From an uncultured Gammaproteobacteria bacterium (lineage in GTDB: Bacteria > Patescibacteriota > Microgenomatia > Levybacterales > UBA12049): DNA of 64,000 bases. Below, one piece after another: positions 43,509-52,328 of this stretch (positions are counted from its first letter, which is position 1; each line of letters begins with the position of its first letter). Both the position numbers and the translations under genes were made by a program. The DNA lies in NCBI GenBank assembly GCA_964635045.1, contig CAZWMJ010000002.1:7688-71687 (forward strand). The letters are read 5' to 3'. Under the pieces are notes generated by a model. The model saw only the letters and a list, made by a program, of their open reading frames with translations. It did not search any database and had not been told where the DNA came from.

Positions 43509-44663
43509 TTATGCGATGAAGTAACCGTGGGAGAAAAACATGAGTAAGATAAACAAGAGAACAAAAGAAACTATAATATAAAGAATTTTCCATAATCTCC
43601 GTTTAATAAGAGCAAGCGCTATAAACATTGGAAAGAGGACCAAAACGTAACGGGGAAGACCGTTAAATGTTCCGGAAAGCGTTGAAATCAGGAAAGCAAA
43701 CACCCCAAATAAAAGATACGAATCGCGGATTTTCTTTTTCCAGGCAATAAATAACAATACTGACGCAACAAGAAAAGCGCTAACTTCAAGAAAGGCAACC
43801 CAGAAAACAAACTGCGACGTCGGAACCGTCGCTAAAATCTTGCCGTAGCGAAACACCACCTGCAAAGGAAAAGTGAGTGTCTCAACCGATCTATTATTAG
43901 CCATCTGTCCTTGGGCCAAGAAAAACCACAGCGCGTTTCCCCATTTGGCAAGATTAAACAACATATAAGCAATAAGACCAAGAGGAATAAGAACAAGAAA
44001 AAATATATTCCTAAACCGGGGCTTCTCCCCTTTGTCTCCCCGTAAATATTCATAGATAAGGGCCGGCAATATCGCTATGCCCACCACCCGCGTTGCGCAA
44101 AGCAGTAAACCAAGAAAAGAGGCGGTAAACCATTTTCCTCTCCTCGCAAAATAAAAAGACAAAAGTAAAAGAAGAAAAAACAAACTTTCCGAATAGATAC
44201 TGGCAAAAAAGAACGAGGTGGGGAAAAGAAGCAGAAACAAAATTGACGTTGTTGCTATAAAATGAGGGTAATCGAGCCGAATGAGTTTATAGAAAACGAT
44301 TAGTGCCAGCAAGAAAAACAGATTAGACAAAAAAAGTCCACTGAAAAATTGAACTGCGCCAAAGGTTGCCCCTCCACCAAAAATTTGTGATAAACCGCCA
44401 ACAATCATCGGGAAAAGCGGGAAAAAACGGGCGTTTGAACCATCAAGAGCATAGCCATTGCCGGCAATTGATAAATAATGTACTCCGTCAGAATTGGCCC
44501 AGGGAAAAAGCAGAAAACTGTCAACGGGTGCGTATGGCTTGGTAAAATTCCAAATACTAGTGTACGAAACATTTGTATTGTAGGCAAGAAATAAATAACC
44601 GACAGCCAGTGGAATAAAAAGAACTATCCGCCAAGTAATAAATAAGAAAAAAGTCCTCTTCAT
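43509..44663 (-). CDS. polytopic membrane protein, GT-C/PIG-V-like mannosyltransferase candidate
   Basis: 384 aa with more than 10 TM helices. First-loop WANSDGVHYLSIAGNGY. Confidence 0.4.
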   Translation of the reverse strand: MKRTFFLFITWRIVLFIPLAVGYLFLAYNTNVSYTSIWNFTKPYAPVDSFLLFPWANSDGVHYLSIAGNGYALDGSNARFFPLFPMIVGGLSQIFGGGATFGAVQFFSGLFLSNLFFLLALIVFYKLIRLDYPHFIATTSILFLLLFPTSFFFASIYSESLFFLLLLLSFYFARRGKWFTASFLGLLLCATRVVGIAILPALIYEYLRGDKGEKPRFRNIFFLVLIPLGLIAYMLFNLAKWGNALWFFLAQGQMANNRSVETLTFPLQVVFRYGKILATVPTSQFVFWVAFLEVSAFLVASVLLFIAWKKKIRDSYLLFGVFAFLISTLSGTFNGLPRYVLVLFPMFIALALIKRRLWKILYIIVSFVLLFILLMFFSHGYFIA

Positions 44664-45094
44664 TGCCCTAGTTTTACTTGTTCTAGAATGGCTGTTTTTT
44701 CTCCAGGTTGCTGACTTACTAAAATAGTCACCGTGGTTTTATTTTTGACGACCCGGAAAGCCGCTCCTGTCTGTTGGATAACTTGCCAGCCGTTTTTGAC
44801 AGCGTTCTTTAGTAAATATTGATAAATTGGAGCTGGCTTGTCTTGGCTGGCAAACACTACGGCAAAATCTGTGGGGGGCATGCTCTCCATTCTAATTACC
44901 TCGCTCTTAGGATAAACCGGAAAGTCAACCGGCGCCAATTTTGGCAGTTCCGGCGGCCGGCCAGGAATTGCCTGGTTGGGAGTGGCTGGCACTCTCGGCT
45001 GTTTATTATTTAGTAAGCTTATACCAAACAGCACCACTGCGGCGCCAATCACGATTACCACAATGTATTTGTTCTTGAAAAAACTTAAAAGCAT
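44660..45094 (-). CDS. membrane-anchored hypothetical protein
   Basis: 144 aa with an N-terminal TM helix, a P-rich linker and a small alpha/beta domain. Confidence 0.45.
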   Translation of the reverse strand: MLLSFFKNKYIVVIVIGAAVVLFGISLLNNKQPRVPATPNQAIPGRPPELPKLAPVDFPVYPKSEVIRMESMPPTDFAVVFASQDKPAPIYQYLLKNAVKNGWQVIQQTGAAFRVVKNKTTVTILVSQQPGEKTAILEQVKLGQ

Positions 45095-46404
45095 TTTTTC
45101 ATTCCTCCATTTTCCATTAAATCAAATTCTATCTTTTGGCCAATAGCGGAAGAGGCATAAATCCGCAGTGGCGGTACTGACCCGTCTTGGCTAATCTCCT
45201 TAAGGGGAAGAGAAAATTGGACCGAGCTGGCAGACTTTTTCGCATTTAGGGGCTGCCAATTTTGCTGATTGCCAGGCGTTTCTTTAAATCCTCGAATGCC
45301 CTCTTTAGCAAAGTCAACTACATATAAAATATCAGCCCCATTTCTGGGAGTAAGCGGATTACTACCTCCGCCGCCACGGTCAAAACCTATCTCATAAGCT
45401 TGGGAACTATTTTCATCAAGCGCCGGTATGGGACCAGCCGCCTCAATATAAATATTGAGTAGGTCACCTGTTTTGGTAATTCTGGCAAAGCGAAGATCAG
45501 AGCTGGCAATGGCGCCATTACTACCTGTTATAAAATCTATATGATCACCACTAGCATCAGTCAGAGTACAGCTGGGAGTTTCTGCCGCCGGCTTAACTGC
45601 CTCATCCAACTTTTTGAATACTTCATCTCCTCTTTGAATATCAATATTATATTTAGCCTTTAAATTATTATTAAAAGTTTCATCAAAAAAATTGGCCACT
45701 GCGACCTGGCTTTTTTGTTCTAAAATCTTCCAGTCAATTCGAATGTCAGTTGCTTTAGTCGTGGGAGAGGGGCTCTTCTCGTGACAATTCCAGCGGGTCA
45801 ATAAAAAGTTAGCGGAAAAATCATAATCGGTACTCTTTTCTCCCGCCTTTTCCTCCTCTTGCGAGAATAAACCTTCCAGCCTAAAATCAGCTCGGCGGAT
45901 AATGATGTCGTCTTGCGGTCCTTGCTTGTCTGGGATGTCGCAGTCTCGCGGACCGTGAATAGTGTCACTGGCGGAAAAAAAGCTATCGTTTGGCTGTTTT
46001 TGAAAAATATTTATTAGCGGATCTGTAACGGCATTGATGCCGTCTTCCAATTTATGCCACAACCGAGCCAGTCCTTTGGCTTCGTCTCTGGCAATTTGCC
46101 TGGTTCTTATTTTTTCATCAAGAGCCAGAATTGCTTCTTTATCTGCCAGATTAGTCGCCCCACTCATTTTTCTGGTTAAAGACCAGTTGCGCTGGTCTTT
46201 AACCGACAGCAGAATTTTAGCCTGTTCTGCCTCAACTGCCCGTAGAAATGGCTGTGGCCAGCGCTGGAGATTTTCCGGCTTACCATGATAACCCCAGGAG
46301 GTGGGAGGATTATCTATCCCCAAAAAATTATCAGCCCGGGCAGACTGAACAGCAACTAAGAATAAAAAGACAACAATGAGTAATCCTTTCCCTAGAACAA
46401 TCAC
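45085..46404 (-). CDS. secreted hypothetical protein
   Basis: 439 aa with a signal-like N-terminus (...VAVQSARADN). No recognisable motif. Confidence 0.5.
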   Translation of the reverse strand: MIVLGKGLLIVVFLFLVAVQSARADNFLGIDNPPTSWGYHGKPENLQRWPQPFLRAVEAEQAKILLSVKDQRNWSLTRKMSGATNLADKEAILALDEKIRTRQIARDEAKGLARLWHKLEDGINAVTDPLINIFQKQPNDSFFSASDTIHGPRDCDIPDKQGPQDDIIIRRADFRLEGLFSQEEEKAGEKSTDYDFSANFLLTRWNCHEKSPSPTTKATDIRIDWKILEQKSQVAVANFFDETFNNNLKAKYNIDIQRGDEVFKKLDEAVKPAAETPSCTLTDASGDHIDFITGSNGAIASSDLRFARITKTGDLLNIYIEAAGPIPALDENSSQAYEIGFDRGGGGSNPLTPRNGADILYVVDFAKEGIRGFKETPGNQQNWQPLNAKKSASSVQFSLPLKEISQDGSVPPLRIYASSAIGQKIEFDLMENGGMKKCF

Positions 46405-46489
46405 ACTACTCCATTAAAACACTTTTTATTTTATATGTAAATAGCTCGTCTGCTTACGGCGAGGGGAAGTCACAAATTAATCCAGTGTT

Positions 46490-47017
46490 TTAAAACCCCA
46501 GCTTTTCTTTAACGAAAATAACAGTGATTCTTTCAGGGCTTACTTCTTTGTTAATGATGAGAATTTTGTTGACAGCCGAAGGCATACCATAAGCTTGTCT
46601 GGCCCGCTCATCCTCCAAAGGCAGGGAGTATTCGTAAATTCTTTTTAGGCCTTCTGCCGTATCTTGGACAATCTTTTGTGTTCCTACCACAAAGATAATC
46701 TTACCTGCCGCATAAGCTTCGGCTGAAAGCTGGCTGCCGGTATTACTGGCAATCAGCAAATGCCCGTCTTCTGTAACTGCATGAACAGAAGCCACCACCC
46801 AGTCAGGGGCAGCTCCCAGTTTGGCCATATCCCTACTTTGTGTTTTTCTATCCATGACCATCAGTTTTGGACGGACCGCATTATATTGACCGGATTCGTT
46901 AATTTCCTTGTCTAATCCAATAGTTTCCAATGTTTGAGAAGTCATGGTAAAAACCTCTGCTCCCTGGGGTAATAATTCTAAAGCTTTCTTTTTGGCTTCT
47001 TCTCCATTTTCCACCAC
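46490..47017 (-). CDS. LUD-domain (lactate-utilisation LutB/C-like, DUF162) protein; true start probably upstream
   Basis: VVENGEEAKKKALELLPQGAEVFTMTSQTLETIGL and AVTEDGHLLIASNTGSQ...IIFVVGTQKIV blocks. The frame is open up to 47134 and encodes family-typical ...NEKYGQLASEETIQKTVQALQANNFQVEV, but with no ATG/GTG/TTG. Confidence 0.6.
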   Translation of the reverse strand: MVENGEEAKKKALELLPQGAEVFTMTSQTLETIGLDKEINESGQYNAVRPKLMVMDRKTQSRDMAKLGAAPDWVVASVHAVTEDGHLLIASNTGSQLSAEAYAAGKIIFVVGTQKIVQDTAEGLKRIYEYSLPLEDERARQAYGMPSAVNKILIINKEVSPERITVIFVKEKLGF

Positions 47018-47106
47018 TTCTACCTGAAAATTATTTGCCTGTAAGGCCTGAACTGTTTTTTGAATAGTCTCTTCGCTGGCCAGCTGGCCATATTTTTCAT
47101 TTGGTT

Positions 47107-47400
47107 TTATATTAATCCACCTCCTTTCGTAAGATTAACTATCTTGTGAATATCTATTCCCAACTTCTTTAAATACTGATAATTAATGCTATAGATATGA
47201 CTTACTCCCTCTTTTCGTTCATTTAATATATGCGCATCAATCATTTTATTGAAATGATGAGAGAGGGTTGGTTGGGAAAGGGGAAAATTGGTTAATAATT
47301 CTTTACAAGCAATCTCCTTTTTCCCCAGAAGAAGGCGCAGAATATCTATTCTTGTTTCATCGGAAAGCGCTTTAAAAACATCAACAATAAGACTATTCAT
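47107..47400 (-). CDS. ArsR/SmtB-family transcriptional regulator
   Basis: 97 aa. ALSDETRIDILRLLL...CKELL...LSQPTLSHHFNKM...RKEG winged-helix pattern. Confidence 0.85.
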   Translation of the reverse strand: MNSLIVDVFKALSDETRIDILRLLLGKKEIACKELLTNFPLSQPTLSHHFNKMIDAHILNERKEGVSHIYSINYQYLKKLGIDIHKIVNLTKGGGLI

Positions 47401-47407
47401 ATTTATT

Positions 47408-47425
47408 GATATATTTGAATATATC
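47408..47425. promoter_or_regulatory. candidate ArsR operator palindrome
   Basis: GATATAT-TTGA-ATATATC, 8-25 nt upstream of the arsR-type ATG (47400). Overlaps the -10-like TATATC. Confidence 0.4.
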
Positions 47426-47602
47426 TATATTAGAATAGGAATAGTTATTTGTCAAGTGATTTTAATGGTGAGCACTTCGGTTCTACTCAGTGTAAACTTC
47501 GTCGAACCACTTTTTTGCGGCCCGCCTAGACTCGGCAGGGCAGGCTAATTTCCAGAATAAAATTCCTCGGAGATTGGGAGAGAGCAATAAATCATTAGTG
47601 GT

Positions 47603-47631
47603 TTGACTATGTAGATTTTTTTACTTATAAT
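47603..47631 (+). promoter_or_regulatory. promoter of 47639 gene, predicted leaderless
   Basis: TTGACT (47603-47608), 17 nt, TATAAT (47626-47631), then 7 nt to ATG 47639. Confidence 0.55.
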
Positions 47632-47638
47632 CCCTACC

Positions 47639-48193
47639 ATGCCTAATCTAGAATATATGCACGCCCGAGAAATTGGTCTTCGTGCAAATGCTATTGAACC
47701 ATCTGCATGTGTGGGAGATGGAGCTTGTTGCACGTCACAGGTGCCGCTAACAAAAGGCGATGTAGGAATCATTATAGAAGATATTCGCAGAGGAAGAATT
47801 TCCCGTGAAGTCGTTGATGCCACTATAGATAGGAGTCAAGATCCTGAAAGAAGTGAGCAGTGCCCATTTTTGGATACGGAAAACAGATGTTCAATTTATG
47901 AAAGCAGACCACTTATTTGTATCATTTGGGGAGTTGGAGGACCTCCATCTCCAATGGGTCACATTGACTTGGGAGATTTAGTTGAGAAGACAGGACCAGA
48001 TAGGATTCGCAATATGGATTTGGAACAAACAACTTGCTTTAAATGTCATCTAATGACAGCTTTTGATACAACGTCCGTAGAAGCAAATAAACTAGCACGG
48101 GAAGCTAGTTTGCAAACGGCGCCGGTTTTAATGAAGAGGGGACGGCAGTATACAACTACAGAATTTGTTAAAAGAGAATTGCCTTATATCTAA
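47639..48193 (+). CDS. YkgJ/UPF0153-family Cys-rich (Fe-S/Zn) protein
   Basis: 184 aa. CVGDGACCTSQVPLT and CPFLDTENRCSIYESRPLIC motifs. Confidence 0.55.
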   Translation: MPNLEYMHAREIGLRANAIEPSACVGDGACCTSQVPLTKGDVGIIIEDIRRGRISREVVDATIDRSQDPERSEQCPFLDTENRCSIYESRPLICIIWGVGGPPSPMGHIDLGDLVEKTGPDRIRNMDLEQTTCFKCHLMTAFDTTSVEANKLAREASLQTAPVLMKRGRQYTTTEFVKRELPYI

Positions 48194-48200
48194 ACAGGTA

Positions 48201-48268
48201 CTCCCTAGCCCTCAGATTATTAGAGTTGTGATTGACAAGAATGAGATGAGAGGAGCTTAGAATACAAG
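48201..48268 (+). repeat. ~67-nt dispersed element, copy 1
   Basis: CTCCCTAGCCCTCAGATTATTAGAG..ATTGACAAGA...AGAATACAAG, compared with 51838-51904 CTCCCTAACCCTGAGATTATTATAG..ATTGAGAAGA...GAGAATACCAAC. Confidence 0.65.
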
Positions 48269-48739
48269 TTTATTTACCCATTTGGGGATTTTAGCATTTT
48301 TAACCTCGTCATATTGGGGAGTGTAGGGTTTAATATCAATAATTGGGGTGCCGCTGACAATATCCAAACCTTTAACTGTTAATTTATTTCCTGATCTTTT
48401 GATAAGCTCCACTGTGGACATGGCAATACGGTTCGGCCGCTGGGGACAGCGGCAGGCAAAAATCCCTATAAATGGAATATCTTGCCTTCCCTGCGGATGA
48501 TGTTTGAGATGACATTCATGCTCTTTATCCATCCAATAGACAATGATGACATGAGAATAATCTTCAATCCCGTCCAAACCCAGGGCATACTTTTTATCAA
48601 TGACAATTTCTGTAATAACATCTTTCCAGCCGGGCAGAGTGGGTTGTTTAACCTTGTTTTTAGCAAAACCCAGAGGTTTAAATTTTATTGTTCCGTCTTT
48701 GTCCTGCCTGTCCAGAAACTCACCAAAAATCGTTTTCAT
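48257..48739 (-). CDS. TsaA/TrmO-family (YaeB-like) SAM-dependent methyltransferase
   Basis: 160 aa. IEDYSHVIIVYWMD, RPNRIAMSTVELI and GLDIVSGTPIIDIKPYTPQYD. Confidence 0.75.
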   Translation of the reverse strand: MKTIFGEFLDRQDKDGTIKFKPLGFAKNKVKQPTLPGWKDVITEIVIDKKYALGLDGIEDYSHVIIVYWMDKEHECHLKHHPQGRQDIPFIGIFACRCPQRPNRIAMSTVELIKRSGNKLTVKGLDIVSGTPIIDIKPYTPQYDEVKNAKIPKWVNKLVF

Positions 48740-48742
48740 TAT

Positions 48743-49615
48743 TTATTTTGGGTTGCCGAAAATGGGAATGACATAATTGCCATAGCGCCATTCACGCGCG
48801 CTATTTTCCGCAGCGGACACAAAAGTATTGCCGATTGATGTAGCCCTTGATTTGGGATCAATATAAACGCCGTCTCCGCAATTTGTAATGGTATTATTTC
48901 TAATAATCTGCGACCCGGCCATAGAGGCGATGCCGGTATGGCAGTCTTCGATAATATTGCCGGCGACTTCTTGATTGCCGTTAAATTTAAGATCAATTCC
49001 CTCATGCCCAGCATCAGATAAATGATTGTTTATTATTTTAATATTTGAATTAGCCGCAGATATTGCCCCCCACATTGAATGGCGGGAGATACTGTTTTGA
49101 ATAACGCTATTTGGTTGTTTACCGATAGGATTAAGGCCATTGCGGGTATATTCCGCCACCACATTATCTAAAACACTCCCGTCACCCTGCCAAACTATCG
49201 CTTCCCAATCAGCCAAGTAGGGTTTGGGGGCGTTTGAGGTAAAAATAATCTGTTTATCTTTTGTTCCTTGAGCCATTAACTTTTGCAGGACAAAAAGACT
49301 TGAGTGTGTGGTCGTATACGATTTAAGTCGTGTCGGGTCATTATCGTTGAAACCATCTTTTTCTACTTCATCCCCTTTTTTTTGATCATCGCCAACTTCA
49401 AATTTAACAATAGTCCCGGGCAAAACAGTCAGGTTTCCCAAAATTTCCGTATCTCCGGTAATAATAATCTCCCCGCTCCAAATTTGATTACCAAAATATG
49501 CACCGCTAATTTTTGCATTTGAAATCTGCTCTGTGGAGAAAAATTTAAAAGCAAAAAATCCCGCGGCTAAAAACAAAACAAAGAAAAACAAAAAAATAAT
49601 CTTTTTCTTGCTCAC
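48743..49615 (-). CDS. secreted right-handed parallel beta-helix (PbH1) repeat protein
   Basis: 290 aa with an N-terminal TM/signal. Repeated G-x-I-x-x-N-x-I units (IINNHLSDAGHEGIDL, AGNIIEDCHTGIA, IIRNNTITNCGDGVYI). Confidence 0.6.
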   Translation of the reverse strand: MSKKKIIFLFFFVLFLAAGFFAFKFFSTEQISNAKISGAYFGNQIWSGEIIITGDTEILGNLTVLPGTIVKFEVGDDQKKGDEVEKDGFNDNDPTRLKSYTTTHSSLFVLQKLMAQGTKDKQIIFTSNAPKPYLADWEAIVWQGDGSVLDNVVAEYTRNGLNPIGKQPNSVIQNSISRHSMWGAISAANSNIKIINNHLSDAGHEGIDLKFNGNQEVAGNIIEDCHTGIASMAGSQIIRNNTITNCGDGVYIDPKSRATSIGNTFVSAAENSAREWRYGNYVIPIFGNPK

Positions 49616-49690
49616 TCTATTATTCTAACAATAATCGGAGAGATATTAAAGGCTTCATTTTTTTCATGCTATAATTAATCTGCTTAAAAT

Positions 49691-51229
49691 ATGCCGATTA
49701 AAAGTTATCTTAAAAAAATTACTTCTTATAAAACAGAAATCATTTTATCCGCTGCGGCTATTTTTATTTATTTTGTAATACGGCTTGTAACAATTAAATC
49801 ATTCCCTATTTTTATAGACGAGGCAACTTATGCCTGGTGGGCGGAACTGGGAAAATTTGACGCTTATCAACGGCTGGTGTCTCTTTCCGATGGAAAACAA
49901 CCTCTTTTTATCTGGATTACCACATTTGCAATGAACTACAACGCAAATCCCGTAGCCGCCGGAAGACTTGTTTCTGTTTTTGCCGGTTTTATAACTTTGA
50001 TAGGACTTTTCTTTCTAGGAAAGGAGCTTTTTAAGGATAAATTTGTAGGCATAATTTCTGCTCTGATATATGCTTTTTTCCCGTTTGCTCTTGTCTATAA
50101 CAGACTGGCGCTTTACGAAAGTCTTGTCGGTATGTTTTTTATATGGAGTATTTATTTTGAAGTTCTTCTTATCAAACATCGAAGACTTGACCTTTCTTTT
50201 ACTCTGGCTCTTGTCTTAGGAGGAGGACTTTTAACTAAAACGACAGGAATTTTTAATATTGTTATTATTCCTTTAAGTTTAATTCTTTTCCCTTTCAAAA
50301 CTTTTAAAAGAAGAATAATTATTAAAAAATTTCTTTTTTGGCTGATACTTATTCTTTTTTCACTAGCTCTCTCTTATCTTTATTATTCTGTTTTATTTTT
50401 ATCTCCCGACGTTTTTAATATTGGCTTTAAAAACGATGTGTTTTCATATAAACTCGCAGATATTCTAACTTTCAGCATAATCCCTCATACTCTACTTAAC
50501 ATCAAGACTTTCTCGGAATGGATATTTTCTTATACAACACTGCCTTTTCTTCTTCTTGTATTATTGTCTCTTTTTAATAAGAAATTTTTGAAGGAAAATC
50601 TTTATCTTATTTTATGTTTTTTAATTCCTTTTCTGATTCTGGCTGTATTGGGAAAACTTATCCATCCCCGTTATTTATTTTTTGTCACTCTTCCGCTTAT
50701 TATTCTTTCAGCGGAATGTATTGTTTTTTATTACCGCCGCTTAAATACACGAGTTTATGCATGCATTCTTTCGGTTATTCTGCTTTTAATTTTTTCCTTT
50801 AATGATTTCAAGATTCTTTATGATTTTCCTCGCTCTTTACTGCCTGAAGATGACCTTTTTCAATATGCGAATGGCTGGTCGGCTGGATATGGCATGAGAG
50901 AGATTGTGAGTTTCTTGCAAAATGAATTATCAAATAATCCCATTTATGCCGTAACCGATGGAAACTACAATAGCCCCACAGGAGGATTGGCCACCATGAT
51001 GTTAAAAATTTATTTCATGAAAGATCCGCGTATCGAAGAACACACTCTCTGGCCGGTGCCAAAAAATATGCCGGAAGAATATGGAGAAATCGCCAAAGCA
51101 AAATCGGTATATATAATTTTTAATCAAACTCAATCTATTCCTGCTTGGCCGATGGATCTTGTTTTGGAATTCAGAAAAGGCGTAGGCGATTATTTCGTCC
51201 GCCTGTATAAGATAAAAACTCCAAACTAG
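49691..51229 (+). CDS. GT-C-fold membrane glycosyltransferase (family 39-like)
   Basis: 512 aa, multi-TM, with first-loop PIFIDEATYAWWA. Confidence 0.65.
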   Translation: MPIKSYLKKITSYKTEIILSAAAIFIYFVIRLVTIKSFPIFIDEATYAWWAELGKFDAYQRLVSLSDGKQPLFIWITTFAMNYNANPVAAGRLVSVFAGFITLIGLFFLGKELFKDKFVGIISALIYAFFPFALVYNRLALYESLVGMFFIWSIYFEVLLIKHRRLDLSFTLALVLGGGLLTKTTGIFNIVIIPLSLILFPFKTFKRRIIIKKFLFWLILILFSLALSYLYYSVLFLSPDVFNIGFKNDVFSYKLADILTFSIIPHTLLNIKTFSEWIFSYTTLPFLLLVLLSLFNKKFLKENLYLILCFLIPFLILAVLGKLIHPRYLFFVTLPLIILSAECIVFYYRRLNTRVYACILSVILLLIFSFNDFKILYDFPRSLLPEDDLFQYANGWSAGYGMREIVSFLQNELSNNPIYAVTDGNYNSPTGGLATMMLKIYFMKDPRIEEHTLWPVPKNMPEEYGEIAKAKSVYIIFNQTQSIPAWPMDLVLEFRKGVGDYFVRLYKIKTPN

Positions 51230-51241
51230 AAGTTTTTTATT

Positions 51242-51802
51242 TTAAGGTTTGATAAACAACGAAGCAGAAACTACCAAAAATATCCCAATGGCGTTAAGAA
51301 GAAATGAAACAGCTATAAATTGGTAAGTTCTCATTTTGGAAATTACCAGTAAGCTTACCCCCATCTCATCGGGCAAGGGCGAGGCGATAATAATTGCCCC
51401 AATAACAGGTAGTGTCCAACTAAAATATTTGCTGTGGAGGATTTTTATGAAATGATGCCTGTGATCAAGGTGATTATAAATATCTTCTAATTCATTTGCC
51501 AAATGGTCTTTAACAAACCTAAAAATTGTCAAGTCTCCCAAAACTGCACCAGCACCCGCTATAATTCCAATCTCGAAGGCAGACATGGTTTCTGCCAAAA
51601 TTAAAAGAATCACTACTCCAGTGACCGCAGAAAATGTGGAAACAAAAAGCATCCCCGCCACAAAAGCTCCTATATATCCAAAACTTCCCAAATGAAGTAA
51701 AAACTGATGGAGAGCATCAACTTGCGACAATATGAGGGCGGCTATTAATCCACCAAAAACAAGTGTGAGATTTTTATACTTCCACAACCGCCAAAAAGTC
51801 AT
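51242..51802 (-). CDS. integral membrane protein, unknown function
   Basis: 186 aa with about 5 TM helices. Confidence 0.5.
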   Translation of the reverse strand: MTFWRLWKYKNLTLVFGGLIAALILSQVDALHQFLLHLGSFGYIGAFVAGMLFVSTFSAVTGVVILLILAETMSAFEIGIIAGAGAVLGDLTIFRFVKDHLANELEDIYNHLDHRHHFIKILHSKYFSWTLPVIGAIIIASPLPDEMGVSLLVISKMRTYQFIAVSFLLNAIGIFLVVSASLFIKP

Positions 51803-51837
51803 ACATAGTCAGTATATCAAATCAAATCTGTTCCTGG

Positions 51838-51904
51838 CTCCCTAACCCTGAGATTATTATAGCAACTATTGAGAAGATTATTCAGGACTTTTGAGAATAC
51901 CAAC
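51838..51904 (+). repeat. ~67-nt dispersed element, copy 2
   Basis: See 48201-48268. Confidence 0.65.
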
Positions 51905-51927
51905 CCGCCTCTGGATGATTATTAATC

Positions 51928-52050
51928 TTATTGGCGGCGGCGTTTACTGGCTCTCTGCGCCAGCATTTGACGCTTTATCTCAAGCCTTTTTTTGGTTTTG
52001 TGTGAATGGGATCTTTTTTTCTTCCCAACCCCCGTAGCTCTTTTTGCCAT
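51928..52050 (-). CDS. unannotated 40-aa highly basic peptide
   Basis: Minus strand ATG 52050-52048 to TAA 51930-51928 gives MAKRATGVGKKKRSHSHKTKKRLEIKRQMLAQRASKRRRQ. It starts 8 nt after the stop of the STAS-like gene. Below the ORF-track cutoff. Confidence 0.35.
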   Translation of the reverse strand: MAKRATGVGKKKRSHSHKTKKRLEIKRQMLAQRASKRRRQ

Positions 52051-52058
52051 ATATTCAA

Positions 52059-52328
52059 TTATACACTATTTTCAGCAAGCGTTGCCAAAGTTGCTTTAAT
52101 TGAAGCATTATCAGTATTAATTAATTTTACTGTTTTAAAGCGATTGCAAAGTGGAGTCAAAAATTCGTCCGCCCAGGACGGTGTCAATACAACAATATCA
52201 GAAAAATCTACAATTATCTCTTCGTTTTCTGAGATATTATTAAGCGTTGGTTGAAAAGCTAACCAAGCCTCTTTGCCGGCAGGACGTGAAACTAAAGTTG
52301 TTCCAAATTTTTTCAATTCTATAATCAT
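52059..52328 (-). CDS. STAS-like protein (DUF4325-type)
   Basis: 89 aa. LVSRPAGKEAW...IIVDFSDIVVLTPSWADEFLTPL follows the DUF4325 pattern (sR..G......v.lDF.gV....sFadEf). ATGA overlap with the upstream ATPase gene. Confidence 0.6.
   Translation of the reverse strand: MIIELKKFGTTLVSRPAGKEAWLAFQPTLNNISENEEIIVDFSDIVVLTPSWADEFLTPLCNRFKTVKLINTDNASIKATLATLAENSV

Noticed and set aside
47465-47560. Stand-alone sRNA or terminator (GGTTC...GAACC followed by T6) in the arsR/YkgJ spacer
   Set aside because: There is no convincing promoter upstream and no plus-strand gene to terminate. The sequence shares CTTCGG..CTCAG and GACTCGGC motifs with the GC-rich element family, so I treat it as a decayed element copy.
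47545-47823. 92-aa minus-strand ORF
   Set aside because: It overlaps the strong TTGACT-17-TATAAT promoter and the 5' end of the YkgJ-type gene. No support.
51928-52050. Identification of the 40-aa basic ORF as ribosomal protein bL34
   Set aside because: There is only loose resemblance (KRS.H... and R..LA.R..K.R). The conserved N-terminal TFQPS-type motif is missing and the context (no rnpA) is wrong. Kept as an unassigned basic peptide.
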